Shown in pieces: positions 20,611-31,031 of a stretch of 64,000 nucleotides of DNA (position 1 is its first letter; each line of letters opens with the position of its first letter). A program made the translations under genes and the position numbers. A model generated the notes under the pieces. It saw nothing but the letters and a program-made list of their open reading frames with translations, made no database searches and was not told the origin of the DNA. This stretch comes from a candidate division FCPU426 bacterium (GTDB lineage Bacteria; Oederibacteriota; Muellerivitia; Muellerivitales; Muellerivitaceae): assembly GCA_963771075.1 (NCBI GenBank), contig CAVYSE010000005.1:64001-128000 (forward strand). The letters run 5' to 3'.

Positions 20611-21588
20611 ATGGGATTTTTTGAAGAATTCAAAAAACTGCTGTGGCTCTACAACCCCCTTAAAAAATCTGGAAGGCCTGGGGAGATTAAGAGCCGAGGC
20701 ATCAACGGAGCTGTTTTTTGCCCCATTTACAACCATTGGATTTCCAACCTTGAGTGTTTAGAAACGAGCGGGGAGCGCGGCTCCTACGACGAAATTGACA
20801 AACCCGATTTAAATCATTTGGAAACCGGCTACAACGATATTCATAACGCGACTAAACGTAGCGGGCATAAATTCCCCCAAGACATTAAAAAAGTGGTCAT
20901 TACCTGTGAGTATTGTGAAGCCTACTGCCTCGGCCAGGAAAATGGACCTCTAGTAGTCCCTCCCATTGACAGTATCGATCGAAAGAAATTGTTGTTCGAT
21001 TTATATGACGAAAGTAAAAGATATTCAAAAGACACCATTGACCCAACGGAATTGGAGAAGATTAAAAAGGCAGCCATGGAACTGAGCGAAAAAGCCGGAA
21101 AATACTTGGCCGAACATCTGAACCTTGAAAAAGAAATACGCGAAATAACAGTCGAATTCGAAGCGCAAGAAACTGGAAAAACGGGTTTTTGGATCATTCT
21201 TTTTGGCCTCGTTTTTGCTGTCGCCGGATTCGGGAATCTTTGGAATGTCAACTGGTTCGCTCATAAAGCCTTTCAGGGGAAAGGGGCTGTTTTGTCGGTA
21301 GAGAAAAAAGAAGCGACCGACAGTGGCAAATGGATTGCCCGGGTCCGATATACCCCTCGGAATTACCCAGAAGTCGTCGCTGAGCTTGAAGTTGAAAAAC
21401 CTTATGAAACAAATCAATTGGTAGAATTTCTTTATGACCCACAAAACCCCAATAAGCTACGGCCCGCCAGCTGGTCAAAAAAAAGTCCGCTGACCAATTT
21501 CTTTTTGGCGATAATTGGCATTGTTGTCATCGGGTTCGGCTGGAGCAAATTAAAAGTTGCCAGGCCTTTTTATCCGAAAAGGGGTTAA
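20611..21588 (+). CDS. Hypothetical protein: Cys-rich N-terminus, DUF3592-like membrane C-terminus (cassette gene)
   Basis: GAGG RBS; TM-..YDPQNP..-TM pattern. Confidence 0.65.
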   Translation: MGFFEEFKKLLWLYNPLKKSGRPGEIKSRGINGAVFCPIYNHWISNLECLETSGERGSYDEIDKPDLNHLETGYNDIHNATKRSGHKFPQDIKKVVITCEYCEAYCLGQENGPLVVPPIDSIDRKKLLFDLYDESKRYSKDTIDPTELEKIKKAAMELSEKAGKYLAEHLNLEKEIREITVEFEAQETGKTGFWIILFGLVFAVAGFGNLWNVNWFAHKAFQGKGAVLSVEKKEATDSGKWIARVRYTPRNYPEVVAELEVEKPYETNQLVEFLYDPQNPNKLRPASWSKKSPLTNFFLAIIGIVVIGFGWSKLKVARPFYPKRG

Positions 21589-21612
21589 AAGGTTGCTATG
21601 AGGCCATTCCTC

Positions 21613-21802
21613 AAGTTCAATTAAGCCCACCCGTCAGCCTTTTGGTTTCGCGGATTCACGCTGCTATTCGTGCTCGAGGCACAAGTTAAAAATTCGATAA
21701 TCCAGTAGGGAAGCCACCAGCTGTCCATCGTGCCTTACGGCACCACCAAATTCCGTGGTCATTCCAAAGGGATCGAATCACAAAACCGAGGCTGAAACCT
21801 CT
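21613..21802 (-). ncRNA. Putative bridge/seek RNA of the IS110 element
   Basis: Two parallel GTGCC-loop-GCAC-GA-7mer modules 60 nt apart; the 7-mers TGGACAG and ATAGCAG match target and donor junction. Confidence 0.75.
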
Positions 21803-22879
21803 TTAGCGCATGGGCCGATACACTTCCTTCCGAACCAACATCGTCCAAAGGTGAATCAAAAGCTTGTGCGCCATTGCCACAATCGCCTTGTTGACGTGTC
21901 CCGTATTACGGACCAGTCGACGAAAAACACGGTAGGCCTGGGTATCCTTTTGGATCCATGACCAGGCCGCTTCAACCAAGGTCGCTCTCAAAGTGCCTTT
22001 TCCGGCCTTCTGTAAATGGCCTTCCTTCCGGGTTTCACCGCTTTGCCTGATCCTAGGGGCCAACCCCACGTAAGCCGCCACTTGTTTGGCGTTTTCAAAG
22101 CGTTCCGGCTGGTAAATCTCCGTTAATACTTGCAGGGTCGTCACTTCGCCCACTCCTGGGTGGGTTCTCAGGATCTTGGCCTTTTTCTCGTAGGCCTTCT
22201 CCTTCATCATGACCCTCAAACGTATGTTCACGTCCTTGAGCTGCCTATCAAAGTAAAAAAGATCTTCCAATAGGCGATCCAAGGTGAACCTCAGGGCAGG
22301 TGGCAGTTCCATTTCCCGTAATATCCCAATGGCTTCGTGGGTCCAGTAATCCAACCCTCTGGGAGTTTTGAGCCCATATTGAAGGAAGAAGCTCTTGATC
22401 CTTTGTTTGGCCTTGCGTTTCTGCTCGACCATCGCGTTCCTCAAACGAACCACCTGCCGGTCAGCTTCTTCCTGGAGGGTTGGGATCGCCACCGCCTTCA
22501 GCAATTCTTTCTCCGCATACTCCGCCAGTTTGCTACAGTCCAAACGGTCGGATTTTGTTTCAAACTGCGACACGCGAGGAGTCTTGTGCGGGGCGATGAC
22601 ATCCAATGGGTATCCCTCCTCCCGAAGGCGGCGGGCCAGGCCAAAACCGGTAGGGCCTGCCTCGTAGACGACCTTTTTCAACCCCACCCGATAAGGCGCC
22701 AGGACCTTCACCACCGCCTCCCAGTCCGCTGTCAGGGACTTTGTTCCGACTTCCTTTCCGTTAATCCTGATTGCCATATAAATACTTCGTTTGTGGACAT
22801 CCAATCCCACAAACACAGCGTCCCGCTTGGATACCTCCTTGCCTCGGTATCCTTTTTTGCTAATCTGTTTCATGGCCAT
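21803..22879 (-). CDS. IS110 DEDD recombinase/transposase
   Basis: FVGLDVHK, YEAGPTG, KSDRLD, HPGVG, GLAP..QSG. Confidence 0.95.
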   Translation of the reverse strand: MAMKQISKKGYRGKEVSKRDAVFVGLDVHKRSIYMAIRINGKEVGTKSLTADWEAVVKVLAPYRVGLKKVVYEAGPTGFGLARRLREEGYPLDVIAPHKTPRVSQFETKSDRLDCSKLAEYAEKELLKAVAIPTLQEEADRQVVRLRNAMVEQKRKAKQRIKSFFLQYGLKTPRGLDYWTHEAIGILREMELPPALRFTLDRLLEDLFYFDRQLKDVNIRLRVMMKEKAYEKKAKILRTHPGVGEVTTLQVLTEIYQPERFENAKQVAAYVGLAPRIRQSGETRKEGHLQKAGKGTLRATLVEAAWSWIQKDTQAYRVFRRLVRNTGHVNKAIVAMAHKLLIHLWTMLVRKEVYRPMR

Positions 22880-22948
22880 TCCTCCTTGTGAGTTGCCTGC
22901 TCACCGGGACTAGTTTAATCCCGGCGGAGGAATGGCCTTCATGTTACC

Positions 22949-22976
22949 TGTCCACGACGGGGACCCGTCGTGGACA
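22949..22976 (+). repeat. 28-bp cassette site (IS110 target)
   Basis: TGTCCACGACGGGGACCCGTCGTGGACA, perfect palindrome. Confidence 0.95.
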
Positions 22977-23059
22977 CCTAATTCTGACGTGGCTTTGGAT
23001 AAACCTCTTTGCTTTAGTCATGGGTGATAAGGACTGAATTTTAGGACGAAAGGAAAACC

Positions 23060-23644
23060 ATGAAAACCGTTCTTGTTATTTTAGCATTGATCGTTTTGGT
23101 TTTTTTCTTTTGGAAGTTCAAATCCCGGCGTCTTTTTGACCCGGAAGCCCTCATGCCGGGTTACGCACAGAAGGCCATCTCGACCGCCAAGGAAAAGTAT
23201 GGCCTCACTTTGGATCTGGACGAAAAAAACTTGAAAGTTCTTGAGATGAAAATTATGAGGCCGCTAAGTGAAGAGTTTAAGAAAAAAGCCTTATCGGACG
23301 AAGAACTTGCGAACAATTGCATTCTTTGGGGGGCTTATCTGGGGGAAATGTTAAAGAAGGCTTCGCCCTACTGGTCTCAGGCCCATTGGAGATTAAATGA
23401 TTCAGAAAAAGGCCAACAAACAATTAATCCAAACCAGATTGGTTTGGCGGGAAAGGATTTTGTGGTTTATCCCGGTGCTTGGGTTCAAAAACATATCGAA
23501 GACCCTATAAACGATAATTTCGTGGGAAAGTATGAATTAGCTTATCAACTGCCAAACACGGATCAGAATAAAAAGGGCACTCAGGGTCAGCTGATAGATA
23601 AAGATGGGAACCCTATCAAAATGCGATATATGCCTGAAAAGTAA
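23060..23644 (+). CDS. Hypothetical protein with N-terminal TM (DUF3806-like; cassette gene)
   Basis: LDLDEKNL..WGAYLGE..P..WVQK. Confidence 0.65.
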   Translation: MKTVLVILALIVLVFFFWKFKSRRLFDPEALMPGYAQKAISTAKEKYGLTLDLDEKNLKVLEMKIMRPLSEEFKKKALSDEELANNCILWGAYLGEMLKKASPYWSQAHWRLNDSEKGQQTINPNQIGLAGKDFVVYPGAWVQKHIEDPINDNFVGKYELAYQLPNTDQNKKGTQGQLIDKDGNPIKMRYMPEK

Positions 23645-23662
23645 TAGATTGTTTGGTGAAGT

Positions 23663-23690
23663 TGTCCACGACGGGGACCCATCGTGGACG
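23663..23690 (+). repeat. 28-bp cassette site (intron target)
   Basis: TGTCCACGACGGGGACCCATCGTGGACG followed by TC and intron copy 3. Confidence 0.93.
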
Positions 23691-23692
23691 TC

Positions 23693-25669
23693 GTGCCAGC
23701 GAAGGTTTGTAGAGCCAGCAGGTGAGGGAGTAGGCCGAAGAGGGCCAGCCCAAATCCTGACCAGGTAATCGCCAGAGAGCCTGGAAGTCAGCCCCCGGCG
23801 TAGGACCGAGAGGTTCTGCCCGAAACGGGGTCATAAACCTCATTCAGTGAGGGAACAATCTAGCAGTCCGCAACATCAAGTGAATCCTGCCGCGTCGTGA
23901 ATGGGACACCGAAAGGTGCAAGAGGATGCCGAGCCGCGTGTCTACCGGCGAAGGCCACGATCCCGCTGAAGAATCTGGAGCAAGCGGGGCAAGTCCTCCG
24001 GCGTATGGGGAACGGAATGCTGGAAAGGCTTTGCAAGCAACCTGGGAGATCCTACCCGCCAAAAGACTTGCCGCTATAAGGCTAAAACCGAAAAGGGGCA
24101 AGGGCGGGAGGAAGTCGGAGGGGGTCACAATACCTGTGAAGGGTGGACAACAAAACCACCTGGAGGGAAGGACCCCTGCTTCAACCAAGCAACCTTCAAA
24201 AGGGAGGCGCTGGAGCATGCCCCAAAGGGCCAACAACTCCGAAGACAAGGCGCGAACCCTTCAAAGGGCGCTATACCGAGCGGCCAAGAGGAGCCCAAGC
24301 CGGAGATTTCATGTACTGCATGACAGGATGACCCGATGGGATGTCCTGACAGCGGCATGGAAACAGGTGAAGGCTAATAAAGGCCAAGGAGGAGTGGACG
24401 GGGAAACGCTGGAATGGATCGAAGAGAAGGTGGGAATTATTCCATTCCTGAAGGGCATCCAGGAAGAACTCAAAGCTGGGAAGTATCTGCCTAAACCTGT
24501 GAGACGAGTGGAAATACCCAAGCCTGATGGAAGCAAGAGACCGTTGGGAATCCCGGTAATTCGGGATCGGGTAGTTCAAGCGGCTTGCCGGAAGGTGGTG
24601 GAACCCATCTTTGAGGCGGACTTTCTGGAAGGCTCGTTTGGATTTCGGCCAAAACGCGGAGCCCAGCAGGCCCACCGGGAGATCAAGAAGTGGATCAATG
24701 GCGGGTACAGATGGGTGGTGGATGGAGATATTCGGAAGTATTTCGATTCCATCGACCACGACAAACTGATGGTGCTGGTGCGCCAGAGGATCAGTGACCG
24801 GAAGGTTTTGAAACTGATCCGAGGGTGGCTGAAGGCGGGTGTGTTTGAGGAAGGAAGGCTTACGCCGACTCTCCGAGGGACACCGCAAGGCGGGGTGATC
24901 TCACCGCTGTTATCCAATGTTTACCTTCACTTGCTGGACAAGGTTTGGAATAAGAGGCACAGGAAACTGGGTAGGCTGGTGCGCTACGCCGACGATTTTG
25001 TGGTGTTGTGCGGAAGCCAAGCCCATGCGGAAAAGAGCCTGGAAGTCATCAAGGAATTGATGGGACGACTAGGGCTTGAACTGCACCCCGAAAAGACACG
25101 GCTGGTGGAAATGGGGCCTGGGAAGGAAGGGTTTGACTTCCTTGGGTTCCACTTTCGAGTAGGTATGCCGGTGGTAGGATTGGGTAAGACCTGTTGCCTG
25201 AGCTGGCCGAGCCGGAAGGCCATGAAGAAAATCGCCGAGAAAGTGAAGCAGATGACGGCGGGCCGAGAGCGGCTCTTATCTCCAATGGAGGATGTAGCGA
25301 AGGCTTTGAACCCGGTGTTAAGGGGGTGGGCCAACTATTTCCGAATTGGGGACAGCCAGCCATACTTTTCCAAGCTTCAATTTTACGTACTCGAAAGGCT
25401 GACTTTGTTTCGGAGGCATAAGTACGCCTGGGAAGGACGAACATGGTCGATCGAGGAAGTGAAACGCCTTGGTTTGAACTGGATTCCAGCTTTTGCCTTG
25501 AATGCTGCCGGTTGAAAGGTTGTCGGAAAGCCGTATGATCGAAAAGGTCACGTACGGTTTGATGAGGGGGCGCTGGAAACGTGGTGATGAGAGCCGGACT
25601 GAGGCCCAATCCGAAAGGGTTGGATTCGCCACCGTACTCTAAGGCATACGCGCCAGCGCTCTACTCTGC
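23693..25669 (+). mobile_element. Group II intron, copy 3
   Basis: Same sequence and ORF set as copy 1, offset 9669. Confidence 0.93.
24217..25515 (+). CDS. ltrA: Group II intron RT/maturase
   Basis: Translation identical to copy 1. Confidence 0.95.
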   Translation: MPQRANNSEDKARTLQRALYRAAKRSPSRRFHVLHDRMTRWDVLTAAWKQVKANKGQGGVDGETLEWIEEKVGIIPFLKGIQEELKAGKYLPKPVRRVEIPKPDGSKRPLGIPVIRDRVVQAACRKVVEPIFEADFLEGSFGFRPKRGAQQAHREIKKWINGGYRWVVDGDIRKYFDSIDHDKLMVLVRQRISDRKVLKLIRGWLKAGVFEEGRLTPTLRGTPQGGVISPLLSNVYLHLLDKVWNKRHRKLGRLVRYADDFVVLCGSQAHAEKSLEVIKELMGRLGLELHPEKTRLVEMGPGKEGFDFLGFHFRVGMPVVGLGKTCCLSWPSRKAMKKIAEKVKQMTAGRERLLSPMEDVAKALNPVLRGWANYFRIGDSQPYFSKLQFYVLERLTLFRRHKYAWEGRTWSIEEVKRLGLNWIPAFALNAAG

Positions 25670-25695
25670 ACCTTTTTTAGTGTTAAGGAGGTTTA

Positions 25696-26313
25696 ATGGT
25701 AGCCCAATTTCCCGATATTACCTTTGAAGGTCCGCTCATATCAGATCAAAATTTTCTAAACGCTCTCCCTGAGGATTTAAAATCAATTCTCAAAATAAAA
25801 AATGGTTTTATCGCTTTTGCCGGTGGATTTCACATGAGAGGGATTTGCGAAGAACCTAGTTGGCATTCGTGAGAACTGTTTTGGACCGGTAAGCATTCCT
25901 TTTCGAAATTGTATTCTTCTATTCAAAAAGACGATGTACCTTTTGGACAAGATTGCTTGGGTGATCAGTTTATTTTAAGAAAGAACCAAGTATTACGTCT
26001 TAGGGGTGAATCGGGAGACATTGTAGATATGAAAATGGATTTATTAACTTTCTTGGATGAAGCTGAATCAAATCCTTTTGATTTATTAGAACTAGCTCCT
26101 TTGAAGCGAATTCAAAACGAAGGAAAAAAACTGGAGCCCGGCCAATTAATTAATGTGTTTCCTCCCTTTATTACCGCAGAGAGCCGTAAAGGCGTTTCAT
26201 TGAAGCCAATACCAACCGTCGAAAGAATCTTGTTTCTTTCCGATCTTGCTAAACAAATTTCCAATATTTCTGACGGTACACAAGTTAAATTCAATATAAG
26301 CTCTAAGGGGTAG
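25696..26313 (+). pseudogene. SMI1/KNR4 (SUKH)-like immunity protein with in-frame TGA at 25870-25872
   Basis: AAGGAGG RBS then ATG 25696; LPEDL..KNGF..GG, FGQDCLGDQF; same frame as ORF 25909. Confidence 0.65.
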
Positions 26314-26330
26314 TTTGAGGGCTTAGCGAT

Positions 26331-26358
26331 TGTCCACGATGGGGACCCATCGTGAACA
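26331..26358 (+). repeat. 28-bp palindromic cassette site
   Basis: TGTCCACGATGGGGACCCATCGTGAACA. Confidence 0.93.
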
Positions 26359-26382
26359 AGGGAATTATGAGGTTTGTAATAA

Positions 26383-26550
26383 ATGAATAGGTTAAAAAAG
26401 ATATTAAAGATTTGTGGTTATGCTATCGGCACCTTATTGGTTCTTTTCTGTCTTGCGCGGTTTTGTCTATTCGAATTCATAAATGTCATAAACCCGAGAG
26501 TGATATTAGGGGAGATCGCCTCTCCGCAAAAGACTTATATATTCCGTTTT
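26383..26550 (+). pseudogene. Truncated cassette gene (N-terminal TM)
   Basis: AT-rich ORF that runs abruptly into the GC-rich convergent gene at 26551. Confidence 0.55.
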
Positions 26551-29500
26551 TTACCGGACGACGAGCAGTTTCATGACTTTGTGGGTTTCCCGACTGCCGG
26601 TTCGTAAGACGAGGTCCACGTAATAAAGCCCGTTGGCGAGGTTCAAGCCCGCTTGGTTCCATTGGAGGGTGTAGAGGTGCTGGCCCGGCGACATAGGCAA
26701 CGTGGCATCCTCGTAAATTTTCCGGAAAGAAACGGTGAAAAGCTTGGCCTTCACCTGGTCCACCGGCTGGTCCAGGTTGTAATAGAACCGTAAGGGTTGG
26801 TTATCTATCACCGGGTTAGGATAAAGAACGTCCACCGACGCGATGGTCGGCGTACCCGTGAGGGTCAGGGTGGGGGTTAAGCTCGGGGTGGGAGTGAGGG
26901 TAGGCGTCGGAGTGGGAGTCAGGGTGGGCGTTTGGGTGGAGGTGAGGGTAGGTGTCGGGGTGGGGGTGTCTGTCGGGGGGTTGGTGGGCACTAGGGTTTG
27001 GGTGGGGGTGAAGCTGGCCGTTCCCGTGGCCGTCCCCGTGGGGCTATAGGTGGGGGTGACGATCCCCGCGGTCGTATAAAACCCGATCTGGTCGACCTGA
27101 AAATTGAAGGCGCCCGTCCCCTGGGTGAAAATCCAGATTCCGGTGCAATCCGTTCCCTGGTATGTCACCGGCAAGCCGGTTTGGCCGCTCCAGCCCGTTT
27201 GGCGAAACATGGAGGTAAAGGGCACCTGGTAAAAAGTCCACTGTCCCGGGGCCGGAGTGATTTGGATGCCGTAATAGTTGTAGTCGGTGACGGCCTGGCT
27301 GGACACGGTCACCCGGTAGGTGCGTCCGTCGCCGTAAAACCAAAATTCCAGCCCGAGGACCCCGGAGCCGCTCAGGTTATAAGTCGGGGGGGCCACGCGG
27401 AACTCAGATTGCTGGTGTAGTTGACGTAGGAGGAATTGGGCGTGGTGCCGGCGCCGATAACCCCCGTGAGCTTGGCCGCGTAGTGGGTTCCGGCCGCGCC
27501 GGACGATACTCCGTATTGGACGGTGATGCCGCTGGTGGCATCCGTGTAAGTGGCCCAGGTTCCGCCCCACAGGTTGGCGCGGGCGGGGGGACTCCGTCCC
27601 GGCTCAAGTCCTCGAAGTCATCCACCAGGGTGACCGGCCCCTCGTTGGGCGTGCAGGTAGGCGAGTGGGTGGGCGTTGGGGTGATGGTCGCCGTGAACCA
27701 GGTTCCCGTAGGCGTGGCCGTGAAGGTGGGGGTGGGCGTCGAAGTCAGGGTCGGCTGCCCCGAGTTGGTGAATCGCAGGACCGTGATGGAATAAGGCTGG
27801 AAGGTCACGGGGAAGGAGCCGGAAACGCCGGTCAAGGTCACGGCCGTGGGAGCGGTGTCCGGCGCGGCGTGGTAAGGCATTGCCCCGGTGTTCACCCATT
27901 GGTAGTTGGAGGAATCGAATGTCCAGCCGCTGGCGGTGCTGTTGGGCGTGAAAGGCAACCCGGTGATCCGGGTGTTATAGGCATTCGCCGGGTCCTTGTT
28001 GACCACGGCCAGGGAGACGACGCCATCAGGCCGGTAATCCGAGTAGGCCGCGAACAAGGAAACGGGAACGCCGCCGACCGTTGTGGATAGGAGCTGGTGG
28101 TGGTTGGTATCGCCGGGAATGGCCCAATCGACGGCCATCATCCGCATGGCCCAATAGGAGGCATGGGGCTGGTACTGGTAGGCGCCGGAGGTACCGCACA
28201 GGTAACCCATATCCCCGCCCGCGGGGTTGGTGGCCGCGTCCTCGCCGAGCATGAACACGGCGTAATAGTTGGCGCTGCCCCGGGCGCCAAAATCGGTGAT
28301 GAGATGGCCCAAGCTGTCCGCCACCCAAAGGCCGTCCAACAGCTGCACCTGGCCATTCGCGTCAAAGGCATCCTCATTAAATTGGCTCACGAAAACGGGA
28401 ATCGTGGCCCCTCCCGCGACACCGCTTAGCCAGGAATTCAGGCTGGCCGGATAGGCGTCCAGGGTGGAGGTGCTGGCCAGGGCCTGGGACGCCGTGTAAG
28501 TTCCGTAATTGGGGAACCAATGAAAATCGATCCCGTTGATGTAGCTGTCATCCCCCTTGGCGTGGAGAAAACCGATGAAATCCTGGACGTAGCCCTTCCC
28601 GTCGTACATGTTGGAATTATCGAAGAAGCTCCCGGACACCGGGCCCAGGACGAGAATGGACGGATCCACCGCCTTCATGGCTTCGTAATACTCGATATAG
28701 CGGCGCACGAAGTCCTCGGCGGGCAGGGGCCCGCCCGGTTCCCATTGGCCCTCGGTCTCGTTGCCAATCTCCCAGTATTTAATGTCATAACCCCGAACGA
28801 TGTTGGCGTAATAAACCCAGGAGGCGGCCTCCTGGGCCGTGCCCGTTCCCAAATTCACCGCGACCATGGGAATGGCGTGGGGACTGAAGGAATGGACGTA
28901 TGTCATGTAGCGCTCGAAATCCAAGGGAGGGGTCCAACCCGTGTTAGGGCTGTTCCCCGGGTCGGTGCTGGAAACCTCGACCTGGGTTTGGCTGACGCCG
29001 GAGGAAGTGTTGACGGTCACTTGGGTGTCGGCGTCGTAAAGCATGACCTCCGCGATGGAATAGGCCCCACTGACCCCCGCCGAGCTGGCCGTCATGAGAA
29101 TACGGTAATACCAGGATGAAACGGGGGGGAAGGTCACTCCCTGGGTTCCCGGCGTACCCGTGTAGGTGCCGATGGTCGCCCAATGGGATTCGGATTGCCC
29201 GCTGTAAAGGGGAAACGAACCAGCCGAGGTCCAATTTTGGATTTGGAACGAAGCCGCGTAGGGCGTTCCCCAGGCGATCGTGACGGCGTTGACCGTGACT
29301 TGACTGTTAAAATCCAGTTCGACCCATTGGTGGTTTGGAAAATCCGTGTCCACGTTGGAAAGCCAGGCGGTGGAGCTGTTCCCATCCGTGATGTTGGAGG
29401 GGAACCCGAACTGGGTATCGGTGCCGCTGTAAGTCTCAAGGCAATCGAAACCGGGGGAATAGGTGGTCCCGCTGGGAATCCAGTAATGATGGGAGTCGTA

Positions 29501-29794
29501 GCTACCCGTGCCGTTCCAGTGATTGTAATCCGCGCCGGATCCGCCCGCGTAGCCCAGGAAGAAATTCCCCGCGCCCTGGACCAGGTTTTGGGTGTTCGTC
29601 ACGTCGGTGGCGTTGTCATAATCCGCGATGTTATTTCCGAAGATGCTGATGGGGATAAAAGACGACACGGTGACGGCGGAGTTGATGGTGATCGTGGCCG
29701 GCAGGGCCTGGGCCATGGGAGGCATGAAGGCCGGGTAGGCCGCCGCGAAAGCCAGGAAGGTTAGGATCGGCTTTATGTTTTTCAGGTGGGACCA
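26551..29794 (-). CDS. Large secreted GH-A glycoside hydrolase with discoidin-like insert, CBM11-like domain, PT linkers and T9SS-like CTD; frameshifted ~27400-27580
   Basis: YWEIGNE; WVELDF..; LVDDFED..; C-terminal YPNP..LANGLYY..KLLVVR; signal peptide upstream of 29725, start approximate. Confidence 0.75.
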
Positions 29795-30087
29795 TCCCTT
29801 TTGGCCAACACGGCGTTAAAAGGGCGCGAAAACGCTTTTTCCCGCGGCATCCTTCATAATTATTAGATGCCGATTTTCGCGAAAGTGTCGCCGGAGAAGG
29901 GCTGTTTTCAAGGAATGGCGGGTTTCTTGGCCCAAGTCGGGGTTGGAGCCGTACAAATAACCGGGAAAATAAACAAGATGGGATAAAAACCGAAGATTGT
30001 TATGAGGGTGTGAAATTTTCCTGCATATGGTTCTCGTTAAAAGGATGGTGTGCAACCACGTACAACCAGCTCAACCAGAATTCCCCG

Positions 30088-30158
30088 GGCCTGGCCCCTT
30101 TGACTCTTTGAGCCCCTACGTCCCTGTGAAAAGTTTTAAATGTTGGCCCCTTTGACTC
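30088..30158. repeat. Remnant RAYT/TIRYT end sequences
   Basis: GGCCTGGCCCC and CTACGTCCCTGTGAAAAGT.TTAAATGTTGGCC shared with 34030-34069. Confidence 0.6.
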
Positions 30159-30365
30159 CAGTTCTCGACCCTACGGGACCCAACATGGACAACAAAAAAC
30201 AGATCAAGGGGAATAGACCTCTTGGTTTTGCGCGAATAGGTATTACAGGTATTATAATTTTTTCACCTGTTTCTATTGCCTTTGCAAGCCCCCATACTCT
30301 CCCGGCTAAACCTTGTCGAAAGATTTTGTTGGATCGAAGGTTTTAAATAGAAAAAAGGTCATGCC

Positions 30366-31031
30366 ATGAAACGCCGCCCCTTCGGTTTATTTTCCAACGA
30401 TAAAATTTCATCGCTTTTAGCGGTTAGTTTCTGGCTGGTGTTGCTCCCCCATGGGGTCTTCGCCCAATCCAACGCGGATTGGCAGCAGATCAAGCGCAAT
30501 TGCGGGCTTGATCCCGGCCTCGCTTACAACACCTGGGTCGCGCAAGGCATGCCTTGCAACAACGGCGGCGGCGCTCAAGCCCAGCCGGTCGGCCCCTCCC
30601 CGGAACAAATTCGCCAAAACCAGCTTATCGCGGACGCGAGGGCTCTCAACCAAAAGGGCTTGGATGCCTTCGAAAGCAACGACTACGACGCCGCGCTCGG
30701 TTTTTTTCAACAGGCCTTGGATAAAACGCCCAACGATACGGGGATTCAGCAAAACCTCCAAAACGCCCAGAATAAAATCGACGAAAGGAATAAGTTCAAT
30801 CAAAACAAGCAGGATGCCCTCAATGATCTCAAGGACCCTTCCGGCGCGAATGGCGGGAATTCGGACACCGGCTTGAAAGACGCGGTGTCGGATCAAGGCG
30901 ACTCCTCGGCGGACGGTCAAGGCCTCAAGGACATCCATGTTGATGCGGTCAAACAGGCGGACCAAGTCCATCAAGATCCCGATGCGTTTAGAACAACGGG
31001 GTCAGGTCTTCATTTTATAATAACTTTGTGA
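30366..31031 (+). CDS. Secreted TPR protein, probably truncated by a transposase end at 30998
   Basis: Signal peptide, one TPR; last codons lie inside the GGGGTCAGGTCTT end motif. Confidence 0.6.
   Translation: MKRRPFGLFSNDKISSLLAVSFWLVLLPHGVFAQSNADWQQIKRNCGLDPGLAYNTWVAQGMPCNNGGGAQAQPVGPSPEQIRQNQLIADARALNQKGLDAFESNDYDAALGFFQQALDKTPNDTGIQQNLQNAQNKIDERNKFNQNKQDALNDLKDPSGANGGNSDTGLKDAVSDQGDSSADGQGLKDIHVDAVKQADQVHQDPDAFRTTGSGLHFIITL

Larger units (their letters stand above)
21596..22950 (-). mobile_element. IS110-family (IS1111-type) element inserted at the TG of a cassette site
   Basis: Sub-terminal IRs ATGAGGCCATTCCTC (21598-21612) and GAGGAATGGCCTTCAT (22927-22942); TG core at both junctions; removal restores GGTTGTCCACGACGGGG. 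Confidence 0.9.
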
